A model generated the notes under the pieces. The model was not told where the DNA came from. It worked only from the letters and a program-made list of their open reading frames with translations, and ran no database searches. From an uncultured Eubacteriales bacterium (GTDB lineage Bacteria > Bacillota > Clostridia > Peptostreptococcales > Anaerovoracaceae), in NCBI GenBank assembly GCA_900551415.1, contig URWB01000001.1:1-57664 (forward strand): 57,664 nucleotides of DNA, given 5' to 3'. Position 1 is the first letter of the stretch. Every line of letters starts with the position of its first letter. This document shows, in pieces, positions 41,068 through 50,620 of the stretch. The position numbers and the translations under genes were made by a program.

Positions 41068-41799
41068 ATGGACGCGAGACTAAAAGAAATCATCGACGAG
41101 AGTCAAAATATCGTGTTTTTTGGCGGCGCGGGCGTTTCGACCGAGAGCAATATTCCGGATTTTCGCTCGGAGCAAGGGCTGTATCACGCCAAACAGGCGT
41201 ATGGCTACGCGCCGGAGGAGATTCTTTCGCATACCTTTTTTATGCGGCATACGGAAACCTTCTTCGACTATTACAAGCATAATCTGATTTACCCGGACGC
41301 GCGGCCGAACAAGGCGCATCTGGCACTGGCGTATTTGGAGCGGCAGGGCAAGCTCAAGGCGATTGTTACGCAGAATATCGACGGCCTGCACCAAAAAGCA
41401 GGCAGCAGAAAGGTCTACGAGCTGCACGGCTCGGTTCTGAGAAACTACTGCATGGACTGCGGGGCAGCCTATGACCTTGACTATACGCTGGATTCCGCGC
41501 ATTGCCGCGGCAGTATCCCGATTTGTCCGCAGTGCGGCGGGATCATCAAACCGGATGTGGTGCTGTATGAGGAAGCGCTGGATGAGGACTGCATGCTGGG
41601 CGCGATTCGGGCGATCGAAGCGGCGGATACGCTGATCATCGGCGGCACGTCCCTGGCGGTTTATCCGGCGGCCGGTTTGATTCGTTATTTTAAGGGTAAA
41701 AATTTAGTATTGATCAATAAGCAGCCAACGCCTTATGACGGCAGGGCTGATCTTGTCATTCATGACGCGATCGGAAAGGTGATGGAAATAGAACAATGA
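41068..41799 (+). CDS. cobB: NAD-dependent protein deacylase (sirtuin)
   Basis: GAGVSTESNIPDFR, TQNIDGLH, ELHGS, Zn CxxC...CxxC, GGTSL.VYPAA. Confidence 0.93.
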   Translation: MDARLKEIIDESQNIVFFGGAGVSTESNIPDFRSEQGLYHAKQAYGYAPEEILSHTFFMRHTETFFDYYKHNLIYPDARPNKAHLALAYLERQGKLKAIVTQNIDGLHQKAGSRKVYELHGSVLRNYCMDCGAAYDLDYTLDSAHCRGSIPICPQCGGIIKPDVVLYEEALDEDCMLGAIRAIEAADTLIIGGTSLAVYPAAGLIRYFKGKNLVLINKQPTPYDGRADLVIHDAIGKVMEIEQ

Positions 41800-42566
41800 A
41801 TATATTAGTGGCAAATGATGACGGCATTCAGGCAAAAGGAATCGCCAAGCTGACGGAAGCGCTCAGCCTGGCGGGACACGACGTTTATGTAATCGCGCCG
41901 AATGGGCAGCGCAGCGCTTACAGTCACGCGATCAGTATCAACAAGGACGTGCTGTTCAGCGAGGTGGAGGACTATCCGTTCGCCAAAGAGGCGTATATGG
42001 TTGACGGTACTCCCGCGGACTGTGTCAAGCTCGGTACTTTGTTTTTGAAGAAGCGCGGCATTCGGACGGAGGCAGTCTACACAGGCATCAATCACGGGGC
42101 GAATTTAGGTACGGATACGATGTACTCTGGTACGGTATCCTCGGCGGCCGAGGGCGCGTTTCTAGGCTTGCCGTCTGTTGCGGTTTCAGTCATCTCACAT
42201 GAGCCGAAGCATTTTGAGGCAGCGTGTAAGGCAGCGGTAGAGCTATTGCCGTATGCCTGCAGCCATGTCGCGACCGGTTCACTCATCAATATCAACGCGC
42301 CGGACCTGGAAGCCTGCGAAATCAAGGGAACGAGGGCGGCCAGGCTGGGAAACGCCAAATATGATGAATGGTATTACGAGGCAGAGGACAACGGTGAAAC
42401 CGTAACCTATCGCTATGCCGGTACGATGATTGAGGACGAAACCTGGACCGACGATATGGACACCAAGCTGGTACGCGAGGGCTATATCACAGTATCGGCA
42501 ATCAAATATGATTTGAACGATTATGCGGGCTTTGAGGCATTAAAAAAATGGGAGGCAATCAAATGA
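41796..42566 (+). CDS. surE: 5'/3'-nucleotidase SurE
   Basis: MNILVANDDG, GTPADCV, GINHGANLG..TMYSGTV. Confidence 0.95.
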   Translation: MNILVANDDGIQAKGIAKLTEALSLAGHDVYVIAPNGQRSAYSHAISINKDVLFSEVEDYPFAKEAYMVDGTPADCVKLGTLFLKKRGIRTEAVYTGINHGANLGTDTMYSGTVSSAAEGAFLGLPSVAVSVISHEPKHFEAACKAAVELLPYACSHVATGSLININAPDLEACEIKGTRAARLGNAKYDEWYYEAEDNGETVTYRYAGTMIEDETWTDDMDTKLVREGYITVSAIKYDLNDYAGFEALKKWEAIK

Positions 42567-43132
42567 GTTTATTACAACAGATACACACTTGGAAGATAGA
42601 AAAAGATGACGCGATCTGCGTTCTGATCGATATGCAGACAAAATTACTGCCGGCGATGTCCGACCCGCAAACTGTTGAGCGAAACGTGATTCGTCTGATT
42701 CAAGGCATGAAGGCTCTGGGAATTCCGACGGTCGTTACCCAGCAGTATACGAAGGGGCTCGGACCGACGGTTCCGGCGGTGGCAGAGGCGCTCGGCGCGT
42801 TTGAGCCGATCGATAAGACCTCGTTCAGCTGCATGGACGAGCCGGCATTCGCGGAGGCTTTGGAAAACAGCACCAAAGGCACAGTCATTCTTGCCGGTAT
42901 CGAAGCGCATATCTGCGTGGTGCAGACCGCGTTGGATCTGATCCGGGAGGGCTACCGCGTGGCGCTGGTCGCGGACTGTATCGATTCCCGTGATCCGCTG
43001 AACAAAGAACGGACAATCCTTAGACTCGCGCAGGAGGGCGTGGTCATCACGACCTATGAAAGCGTGCTGTACGAGCTCTTAGGCAGCGCGAAAGCGCCGG
43101 AGTTCAAGGCGATTTCGGCAATCGTAAAATAG
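42563..43132 (+). CDS. Isochorismatase-family (YcaC-like) hydrolase
   Basis: LIDMQ, KGLGPT, KTSFSC, GIEAHICV; ATGA overlap with surE. Confidence 0.88.
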   Translation: MSLLQQIHTWKIEKDDAICVLIDMQTKLLPAMSDPQTVERNVIRLIQGMKALGIPTVVTQQYTKGLGPTVPAVAEALGAFEPIDKTSFSCMDEPAFAEALENSTKGTVILAGIEAHICVVQTALDLIREGYRVALVADCIDSRDPLNKERTILRLAQEGVVITTYESVLYELLGSAKAPEFKAISAIVK

Positions 43133-43273
43133 TTTCTGCCGCCCGCGCTTCGGCGAAACCCGCAGCGCATACGGACTTGCGCGGACTGCGGACATAAACG
43201 CTGCGGCGATGGGGGCGTCCTGCCGTTTGCAGCGTACATCGAGAAAGGAAAAAGAAAAAACAAAAAGAGCTTT

Positions 43274-44230
43274 ATGATATTTGAGAACACTTTTGAGAAT
43301 TTGACAAAGGAGCAGATCGACCTGCTCAACACGTATTTTGATGGCTATGACTATCAGTCCTCGAGTCATACTTATATCGCCAATTATATCTGGCGCAACA
43401 CGCATCAGATCAGCTGGCAGATTATCGGGGATTACCTGTGCATCGGGGCACTGGGCAATCTCGATCCGGAAGAGGATCCGCAGTATTTCATGTCTTTCCC
43501 GCTGACCAATACCGGCCGCTATGAGATATCAAAGCTGCGGGAAACGCTCCTTGCGGCGAAGGAGATTTTCACGGGGAACGGACAGAAACTGGAGCTGAGC
43601 CTGGTGCCGGAATCGCTGGTACCGCTGCTTACGGAATGTTTTCCCGAGGAGGGGGCGCTGTTCATCGAGCACGACCGGGATGATGACGACTACATCTACC
43701 TCAAGGAGGATCTGGTGAATCTGGCGGGGCGCAAGCTGCATACAAAGAAGAATCATCTTAACCAGTTTATGAAAAATTACGAGTTCACTTATGAAGAGGT
43801 GACGCCGGAGACGGTGCCGGAGGTTATGGCCTATATTGAGAGTAAGAACGCGTACAAGCTGGGTGAAACGCCGGAGGAGTGGAAGGAGATTCTGGAGCTC
43901 GAGACGGAGGCGATCCGCGAGCTTCTCAAGTTCGTGGGAAAAGGGCTTCTGACTGGCATGATTCGCATCCACGGCAAGATCGAGGCGGTGACGCTCGGGG
44001 AATTCGCGCGCACGAACAGCAAGGAAACGGTGCTGGTGCATGTAGAAAAGGCGGATGACCGCATCCGCGGCTTGTATCAGGCGATTAACCATGAGTTCTG
44101 TCTGCGCCTGCCGGAGGAAACGGTGTATGTCAACCGCGAGGAGGACATGGGGCTGGCAAATCTGCGTCTTGCCAAAATGTCCTACAAGCCTTGGAAACTG
44201 GCGCAAAAGTATACGGTTATTGTTAAATAA
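43274..44230 (+). CDS. DUF2156 / MprF-C-terminal-like GNAT-fold protein
   Basis: DYIYL..DL..LAG.K.H.KKNHLN.F, HVEKA, YVNREEDMG..NLR.AK.SY.P. Confidence 0.8.
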   Translation: MIFENTFENLTKEQIDLLNTYFDGYDYQSSSHTYIANYIWRNTHQISWQIIGDYLCIGALGNLDPEEDPQYFMSFPLTNTGRYEISKLRETLLAAKEIFTGNGQKLELSLVPESLVPLLTECFPEEGALFIEHDRDDDDYIYLKEDLVNLAGRKLHTKKNHLNQFMKNYEFTYEEVTPETVPEVMAYIESKNAYKLGETPEEWKEILELETEAIRELLKFVGKGLLTGMIRIHGKIEAVTLGEFARTNSKETVLVHVEKADDRIRGLYQAINHEFCLRLPEETVYVNREEDMGLANLRLAKMSYKPWKLAQKYTVIVK

Positions 44231-44315
44231 ACTACTTTTGGTGAGGGGCTTGTTTTTTAACCGAAATTTAGGTAAGATATACAGGAAGAGATGTACCTTA
44301 AAAAATACAAGAGAT

Positions 44316-44335
44316 TTCGTTAAAAAAATAACGAA
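44316..44335. promoter_or_regulatory. Palindrome resembling a Rex operator upstream of thiolase
   Basis: TTCGTTAAAAAAATAACGAA versus Rex-type TTGTTAA-N4-TTAACAA; thiolase is a usual Rex target in Clostridia. Confidence 0.5.
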
Positions 44336-44421
44336 GCTTCTTGCATTTTGTGTTATTGTGTGATTAAATAATGATAAGTCAAAAAACCAAAGTATTATTT
44401 ATCTAAGGAGGATACATAAAA

Positions 44422-45600
44422 ATGAGAGAAGTTGTAATTGTGAGTGCAGCAAGAACACCAATCGGCAGTTTTGGCGGTTCCTTGAAGGATATCCCTACCA
44501 GAAAGTTAGGCGCTATCGCGATCAAAGGGGCCGTCGAAAGAGCAGGCATCAAGCCGGAAATGGTTGATGAAGTTATCATGGGCGCGGTTCTGCAGGGCGG
44601 CCTTGGTCAGAACGTCGCAAGACAAATGACACTGGACGCGGGTCTGCCGATCGAAGTACCGGCTATGACCATCAACAAGGTTTGCGGTTCCGGTCTGAGA
44701 GCTGTAGAACTGGCTGCGCAGATCATCAAAGCAGGCGATGCTGATATCATCGTAGCGGGCGGTGCGGAGAACATGTCCGCGACAGCTTACGCGATGCCGG
44801 CAGCAAGATGGGGCGCAAGAATGAACAACACCCAGATGGTTGATATGATGGTAAACGATGGTCTTTGGGACGCTTTCAACGGTTACCACATGGGTATCAC
44901 CGCTGAGAACGTTGCGGAACAGTGGGGCATCACCAGAGAACAGCTTGACGAGTTCTCTGTCATCTCCCAGAACAGAGCGGAAGCTGCGATTAAAGCAGGC
45001 AAGTTCAAAGATGAAATCGTTCCGGTAGAGATTCCGCAGAGAAAGGGTGACCCGATCATCTTCGATACAGACGAATTCCCGAAATTCGGCACAACCATCG
45101 AAAAGGTTGCGAAGTTAAAAGGCGCGTTCAAGAAGGACGGTATCGTAACCGCAGCAAACGCTTCCGGTATCAACGATGCAGGTGCTGCAGTTATCGTTAT
45201 GAGCAAGGAAAAAGCGGATGAATTAGGCATCAAGCCGCTTTGCACCATCAAGTCCTACGCTTCCGCAGGTGTTGATCCGTCCATCATGGGCGTTGGTCCG
45301 ATCCCGGCTTCCAAGAAGGCTCTGGACAAAGCAGGTCTGAAGATCGAGGACATCGACCTGGTAGAAGCAAACGAAGCATTCGCTGCACAGTCTCTGGCAG
45401 TCAGAAAGGACCTCAACTTAGATCCGGAAAAGACGAATGTCAACGGCGGCGCAATCGCAATCGGACACCCGATCGGCGCTTCCGGCTGCAGAATCCTCAT
45501 CACGCTGATTCACGAAATGATCAAGCAGGATTCCAAGTACGGTCTTGCAACGCTTTGCATCGGCGGCGGTATGGGAACTGCGTTAATCGTTGAAAGATAA
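44422..45600 (+). CDS. thlA: Acetyl-CoA acetyltransferase (thiolase)
   Basis: [30 protein letters not shown]. Confidence 0.96.
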   Translation: MREVVIVSAARTPIGSFGGSLKDIPTRKLGAIAIKGAVERAGIKPEMVDEVIMGAVLQGGLGQNVARQMTLDAGLPIEVPAMTINKVCGSGLRAVELAAQIIKAGDADIIVAGGAENMSATAYAMPAARWGARMNNTQMVDMMVNDGLWDAFNGYHMGITAENVAEQWGITREQLDEFSVISQNRAEAAIKAGKFKDEIVPVEIPQRKGDPIIFDTDEFPKFGTTIEKVAKLKGAFKKDGIVTAANASGINDAGAAVIVMSKEKADELGIKPLCTIKSYASAGVDPSIMGVGPIPASKKALDKAGLKIEDIDLVEANEAFAAQSLAVRKDLNLDPEKTNVNGGAIAIGHPIGASGCRILITLIHEMIKQDSKYGLATLCIGGGMGTALIVER

Positions 45601-45641
45601 GCAGACTGATCATATCAGATTCTTAATTTAAGACAATTATA

Positions 45642-45694
45642 TAAAAGACCGAAAGGCGGGAAACAGACAGAACCCTGCTTTTCGGTCTTTTTTT
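45642..45694 (+). terminator. Terminator after thiolase
   Basis: AAAAGACCGAAAGGCGGG...CCCTGCTTTTCGGTCTTTTTTT. Confidence 0.75.
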
Positions 45695-45697
45695 ATG

Positions 45698-45820
45698 ATG
45701 CAGGAAATATCGCACAGCGATATTTTCGGAATCACGACAAAAACACCTTACGAAGCGGCGCTCATGGGTGAGCGCCATGTGCGCATGGAAATCTCAGATT
45801 TCGATATGCGCACTTTTGTC
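45698..45820 (+). repeat. Dispersed structured repeat, copy B (complete)
   Basis: Hairpin AAATATCGC-ACA-GCGATATTT, core GAATCACGACAAAAACACCTTACG, hairpin GGCGCTCA-TGGG-TGAGCGCC, hairpin GTGCGCAT...ATGCGCAC. Confidence 0.85.
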
Positions 45821-45855
45821 TTTATTCCGGAAATTTCCGGTATCCACAGGTTTCG

Positions 45856-46884
45856 TTACGTGCGTGCTTGCCGTTTGTCATCCTCATTGGAGTCGAGCCA
45901 TGCCATCGTATCCCGAAGACTTGCCGCGAGGGAACGCGGCGCGTAACCGAACGCCTCCGCAGCCTTTTGATGTGAGAAAAAACCGTTGGAAGCCAGAACT
46001 TTGACAGAATACGGTGTGAAAAACGGTTTTTGCCCTTTGGCAAGACTCATTTTTTCAAAGAGCGGCGCAAGGCGCATTGCGGAACGCGGCGACAGGAAGA
46101 TTCGGGGAAGTCTGTAGTCTGTGTTGTGTCTTGCGAGCATAAGAATTTCCCGAATCGTGGCATAATGACCGGAGAGGATGTAGCTTTCGCCGGACGCGCC
46201 TCTTTCGGCGCAGGCAAGAATCCCCTCCGCGACGTCCCGTACATCGACAAAATCATAACCGCCGCGCACTGCTGCCGGAAGACAATGACGGCGAAAGGCA
46301 AGCAGAAGACGGGTGATCGCTCCGCCCGCGACGTCTCCCGGACCGATCATGCCGGACGGCAGCACGATGCTGGCAGGCAGTCCGCGCCTGGCGGCATCGA
46401 GGACAAAACCGGCCGCGAAGGACTTGCTTTTTGCGTAAGGTCCGTCCGCCCTCCGCATGGCGTAACCAGCTGCCTCTGTGATGACCTCGCCGCGCGGTCT
46501 TTCGGCAAGTGCGTGAACAGAGCAGACGTAGACCAGCTTCGCGATGTGATAGGCAAGACAGAAGTCTGTGATATTCTTCGTCCCGCGGATATTCACCTGA
46601 TACAGTTCCTTCGGCGGGCGCGTCGCTACGGAGATCATGCCTGCGCAATGGATCAGACAGGTACGACGCGGTTCCTGTATGGTATCGAAAAAAGCCTGCA
46701 GGGAAGCTTTGTCGGTAACATCGCCGAAGATCGGTTCCACGGCAGCAGGCAGCTCCGCGCGCAGCGGATCATCTGCGAGTACCAGAGCCGTCACGCGAGC
46801 GCCGCTTTTGATGAGCCGCTCTGTGAGGGTTTTTCCCAAAAATCCGGTGGCGCCGGTGATAAGATAGTGATCGTACATCGTCAT
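45856..46884 (-). CDS. NAD-dependent epimerase/dehydratase (extended SDR)
   Basis: LITGATGFLG, HCAG, YAKSK, DFVDVRDVA. Confidence 0.9.
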   Translation of the reverse strand: MTMYDHYLITGATGFLGKTLTERLIKSGARVTALVLADDPLRAELPAAVEPIFGDVTDKASLQAFFDTIQEPRRTCLIHCAGMISVATRPPKELYQVNIRGTKNITDFCLAYHIAKLVYVCSVHALAERPRGEVITEAAGYAMRRADGPYAKSKSFAAGFVLDAARRGLPASIVLPSGMIGPGDVAGGAITRLLLAFRRHCLPAAVRGGYDFVDVRDVAEGILACAERGASGESYILSGHYATIREILMLARHNTDYRLPRIFLSPRSAMRLAPLFEKMSLAKGQKPFFTPYSVKVLASNGFFSHQKAAEAFGYAPRSLAASLRDTMAWLDSNEDDKRQART

Positions 46885-46912
46885 GGTGAGTCCTCCCTTC
46901 TTTTTTATGTTT

Positions 46913-47035
46913 ATGCATGGAAATATCGCTGTGCGATATTTCCGGAATCACGACAAAAGCACCTTGCGAAGCGCCTGTCATGCATGGCAGGCATGTATGC
47001 AAAGGAATCGCAGGTTTCGTCATGCACGCGTTCGT
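46913..47035 (+). repeat. Dispersed structured repeat, copy C
   Basis: GGAAATATCGC-TGT-GCGATATTTCC, GAATCACGACAAAAGCACCTTGCG, GCCTGTCA-TGCA-TGGCAGGC. Confidence 0.85.
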
Positions 47036-47391
47036 GCTTTCCCTGCTTTTGTGTGGGGTCTTAACCGTATTATACCCTTTTGCGGCAAATCGGTACAAGG
47101 AATGAGGGAGGAACCGCAAAAAACAGGGAGCAAAAGAAGAAAACCAGGGGTGACAGCGATTCACCCCTGTCAATTTCACCCCGCGGTCACCCGCAATGTC
47201 ACCCGCGGGTCATCTTGTACGGGAACTCATTTCTTGTTAAAGTGGATTCGAAAGGCGATTCGGCCGGACACGCGGAAGGTTGCCCTGGGATCCGATTCCT
47301 TAGGTACCTGCTGTGAAACAGCCTAAATCGCCGCAAAAGCTTGATTCATTCATTCACGCACTAATCTTTATTTGTTTTCCTAAAGGAGGAA

Positions 47392-48888
47392 ATGATTATG
47401 GGTAAAAAAATTCCTATGTGGCAGACTTTGCTGGTTATGTTGGCCATGATTGGCTTACTGATGTGGTCGATTATTAAGGATACCGGAGGGGAACCTCACA
47501 TCGCGTTGATTCTCGCGGCGGCCTTTGCCGGCATTATTGCGGTTCTGAACGGGTGGAAATGGGCATATCTGGAACAGGGTATCTTGGCCTCGATTAACCG
47601 TTCCATGCAGGCAATCCTGATCCTCGCGATTCTGGGCGCGATCATCGCGTCCTGGATGGCAGCCGGTACGATTCCTTCGATGATGTATTATGGTATTAAA
47701 ATCATCAGTCCAAAGGTATTCCTGGTAACCGGCTGTATTCTTTGCAGTATCGTATCTTTAGCGACAGGGTCGTCCTGGTCAACAGCCGGTTCCATCGGTG
47801 TTGCGCTGATGGGTGTCGGTACGGCACTCGGTTTCCCACCGGCGATGACAGCCGGCGCGGTCGTATCCGGCGCGTATTTCGGTGACAAGATGTCGCCGCT
47901 TTCCGATACGACCAACCTCGCTCCGGCCATGGCAGGCGCGACACTGTTCAAGCATATCAAGCACATGATCTACACAACCGGAACTTCTTTGATTATCGCG
48001 TTGATTGTCTACGTTGTTATGGGACTGATGTACGCGTCAAAAAATGAACCGGACATGACTGTGATGAACGATATTCTTAATTTCATCGCGGATTCATCCA
48101 ATATCAGTGTGCTGACGCTGATCCCACCGGCCTTCGTTATCACCGCGGTAGCGTTGAAGCTTCCGGCAATTCCGTCGCTGGTCTGCGGCGCGATGCTTGG
48201 TGTTCCACTGATGTTCTACAACCACGTGGCGATCGAAACGGTTTTGGAGGACAAGGTTATCAACAATATGTTCAGCATTCTCAATAACGGAATTTCCCTG
48301 GGTGTTGTTCCGGAGGACGCGAGTCCGGTTATCGCGGAACTGGCAGAACTGCTTTCGTCCAGCGGTATGCAGGGCATGATGTGGACCATTTCCATCATTC
48401 TTTCCGCGATGTGCTTCGGCGGTATTCTTGACTGTACCGGCATGATGGCATCGGTAGCGGCAATCTTCCTGAAAGTCGCAAAGGGCAGAGGCGGTCTGGT
48501 GCTTTCCACGAACCTGATGGCAATTCTGACGAACGCGGTTTGCTGCGACCAGTACCTGGCACTGGTACTCCCGGGCAGAATGTTCAAAGAAGCCTTCGAG
48601 GACATGAGACTGAAGCCGGAAAATCTGTCGAGATGTCTGGAAGACTCCGGTACGCTGACTTCTAACTTCTTCGGTTGGAACACCTGCGGCGCGACGATGA
48701 GAAACTTCCTTGGCATCGACTCCAGCTACATCCCTTACGCGGTTCTGAACTGGGTAAATCCGATTATTTCGGTTATTTTCGGATACACCGGCATCACCAT
48801 GACAAAGATGACGGAAGAAGAGTATCAGAAGATCTTACAGGAAAGAGAAGAAGAAAAGGCTGCGGCACTCAAGGCTCTGGAGGCTTAA
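47392..48888 (+). CDS. nhaC: NhaC-family Na+/H+ antiporter / amino-acid transporter
   Basis: ATGSSWSTAG..G.AL, SGAYFGDKMSPLSDTTNLA, SRCLEDSGT. Confidence 0.9.
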   Translation: MIMGKKIPMWQTLLVMLAMIGLLMWSIIKDTGGEPHIALILAAAFAGIIAVLNGWKWAYLEQGILASINRSMQAILILAILGAIIASWMAAGTIPSMMYYGIKIISPKVFLVTGCILCSIVSLATGSSWSTAGSIGVALMGVGTALGFPPAMTAGAVVSGAYFGDKMSPLSDTTNLAPAMAGATLFKHIKHMIYTTGTSLIIALIVYVVMGLMYASKNEPDMTVMNDILNFIADSSNISVLTLIPPAFVITAVALKLPAIPSLVCGAMLGVPLMFYNHVAIETVLEDKVINNMFSILNNGISLGVVPEDASPVIAELAELLSSSGMQGMMWTISIILSAMCFGGILDCTGMMASVAAIFLKVAKGRGGLVLSTNLMAILTNAVCCDQYLALVLPGRMFKEAFEDMRLKPENLSRCLEDSGTLTSNFFGWNTCGATMRNFLGIDSSYIPYAVLNWVNPIISVIFGYTGITMTKMTEEEYQKILQEREEEKAAALKALEA

Positions 48889-48952
48889 GACGCGTCATAA
48901 TAATTATGGTTGAGAGGACGAGAGTCCTTCTTAATAACGAAGTGAATGAATA

Positions 48953-48990
48953 AAGACCGAAAAGGGCGCCGCAAGGCGCTCTTTTCGGTG
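48953..48990 (+). terminator. Terminator after nhaC
   Basis: ACCGAAAAGGGCGCC-GCAA-GGCGCTCTTTTCGGT. Confidence 0.7.
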
Positions 48991-49307
48991 CGATCGCGAG
49001 CCGCCGCGTGAAAGAAAGGCGAGGGGGTCAAGGACGCGCGGATTTTGCGCGCGTCCGGCTTCGCGACGCGGGGCGCGAGGGACAGTTGCCGCGTTTTCGC
49101 GGCGGCTGTCCCTCGTTTTGCGCTCTGTGGGAAAGCGCGGGAGATGGCGGGCATGGGACGAAAAACGTAAAACAGGGACGAATGTGGAAGAAAAATACGT
49201 GCAGGCATGTTAAAATAGTTCTAAAGAGTATATTTGCAAGGCACTTGAAGAGGAATGAATGATGAGAAGGCGCTCACACGCGCCGGAAAATCGCTGCTGA
49301 TGAGGAG

Positions 49308-50240
49308 GTGGAATGGATGGAACATGCGATCGCGCTTGCATATCTGATTTCCTGTCTGCTGCTGGCGGCATCCTTTCCAATCGTACTGATCCGAAAAAAC
49401 CAGAACGGTACGGAGGACGTCTTTTTCGCGCATATTCAGGGTTTCCTTTTGCTCGCGCTACTGTTTAATATGATGCTGCATTATTACCAGACCGTATTTG
49501 CGTCTACGCAGCGGGATACTCCTTTGATGTTCTGCAATCTTCTGTGCGATCTTTGCGTTTTTTTCTGGATTGAAATGCAGCGCTGTGTTGTCACAAGCCG
49601 GCTGGGAAGTATGGTGCGAAAGCTGTGCCGCCTGTATCTGATCACGTATTTGAGCGTATGGATTCTGGCGAATACGCCGCAGCTGCCGGACAAAATCGTA
49701 CTGTGCTATCTGGAGCTGCTCCTGCTGCTGTTTTTGTTGCTCCATGTCATCGCCTCAGGATTTGAACAGCTTCGGGGAAAATCCGCCGATCAATTATTTT
49801 TGCTGTACAGCATCGCGGTCAGCCTGCTGCTGCTCGCAGATTACGCGAGCTATATGTTTCATCCCCGCGGAGCGACCCCGCACACGCACCTGACCATCTG
49901 GTTTTGGGGGCTGATCGCCGCCCTGACCTTCGGACTGAGCCTGTATAAAGGGATTATGGCACCGGAGGCGCGGCCTGCGCGGGCGGCAGGAGAAACAGGA
50001 GAAAATTCGGAAACATCCGATTTTGAAACCGCGCTGCAGGCGGTAAAAAGGGATTTTGGCTTGACAGAACGGGAACTGGAGATTCTTCGGGCTTTCTCCT
50101 TTGAACATACGAACGCGAAGATCGCGGAGGAACTTTTTATCAGTGAAAATACCGTCAAGACACATATTCGCAGGATGTTCGGCAAGATGCAGTGCGGCAG
50201 CCGCGGAGAAGCGATCGAGGAAGTCAGGAAGCGTATGTAA
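49308..50240 (+). CDS. Membrane-embedded LuxR-type (one-component) regulator
   Basis: Multiple TM segments followed by LTERELEIL...TNAKIAEELFISENTVKTHI HTH. Confidence 0.85.
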   Translation: MEWMEHAIALAYLISCLLLAASFPIVLIRKNQNGTEDVFFAHIQGFLLLALLFNMMLHYYQTVFASTQRDTPLMFCNLLCDLCVFFWIEMQRCVVTSRLGSMVRKLCRLYLITYLSVWILANTPQLPDKIVLCYLELLLLLFLLLHVIASGFEQLRGKSADQLFLLYSIAVSLLLLADYASYMFHPRGATPHTHLTIWFWGLIAALTFGLSLYKGIMAPEARPARAAGETGENSETSDFETALQAVKRDFGLTERELEILRAFSFEHTNAKIAEELFISENTVKTHIRRMFGKMQCGSRGEAIEEVRKRM

Positions 50241-50337
50241 AGCTCCGGCGGGAAGGCTTTAGGTTTGTGGGAGGAATGGCGCGATTCAGGGATAAACCGC
50301 GCTTTTGATATGGCCCGCATGAAGGTATAATATAGAT

Positions 50338-50502
50338 AGAGGATGATTCAGCCATGCGAATGAATGATCCGACACTCCTTGTAAGCAGGTGATGCAAACT
50401 GCGGTTTGCGGCCCATAGATTGGAAACCGCCTGCCTGCTGACCCCTTCAGTGGGCAGCGGTTTCTGGTGTATGACCTTCGGTGCTCCCACGCGGGAGTTT
50501 TT
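50338..50502 (+). ncRNA. Candidate structured small RNA, resembling the skipping-rope RNA motif
   Basis: TATAAT at 50326; 5' hairpin GGAT-GATTCA...TGAAT-GATCC; long rod closing CTCC/GGAG followed by T5; elements GATGCA...TAGATTGGAA...GTGTATG recalled from that family. Confidence 0.55.
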
Positions 50503-50620
50503 GTAGCAGAAAGAAAAGGGATAAAAACAAAAAAACAGGGATGAATGTGTAAAAAGAAAGTGTAGACAGCCTCAGCATTTTAAGGTAAGATAGAAAAAAT
50601 GCGAAAAAGGAGGGATAGCC

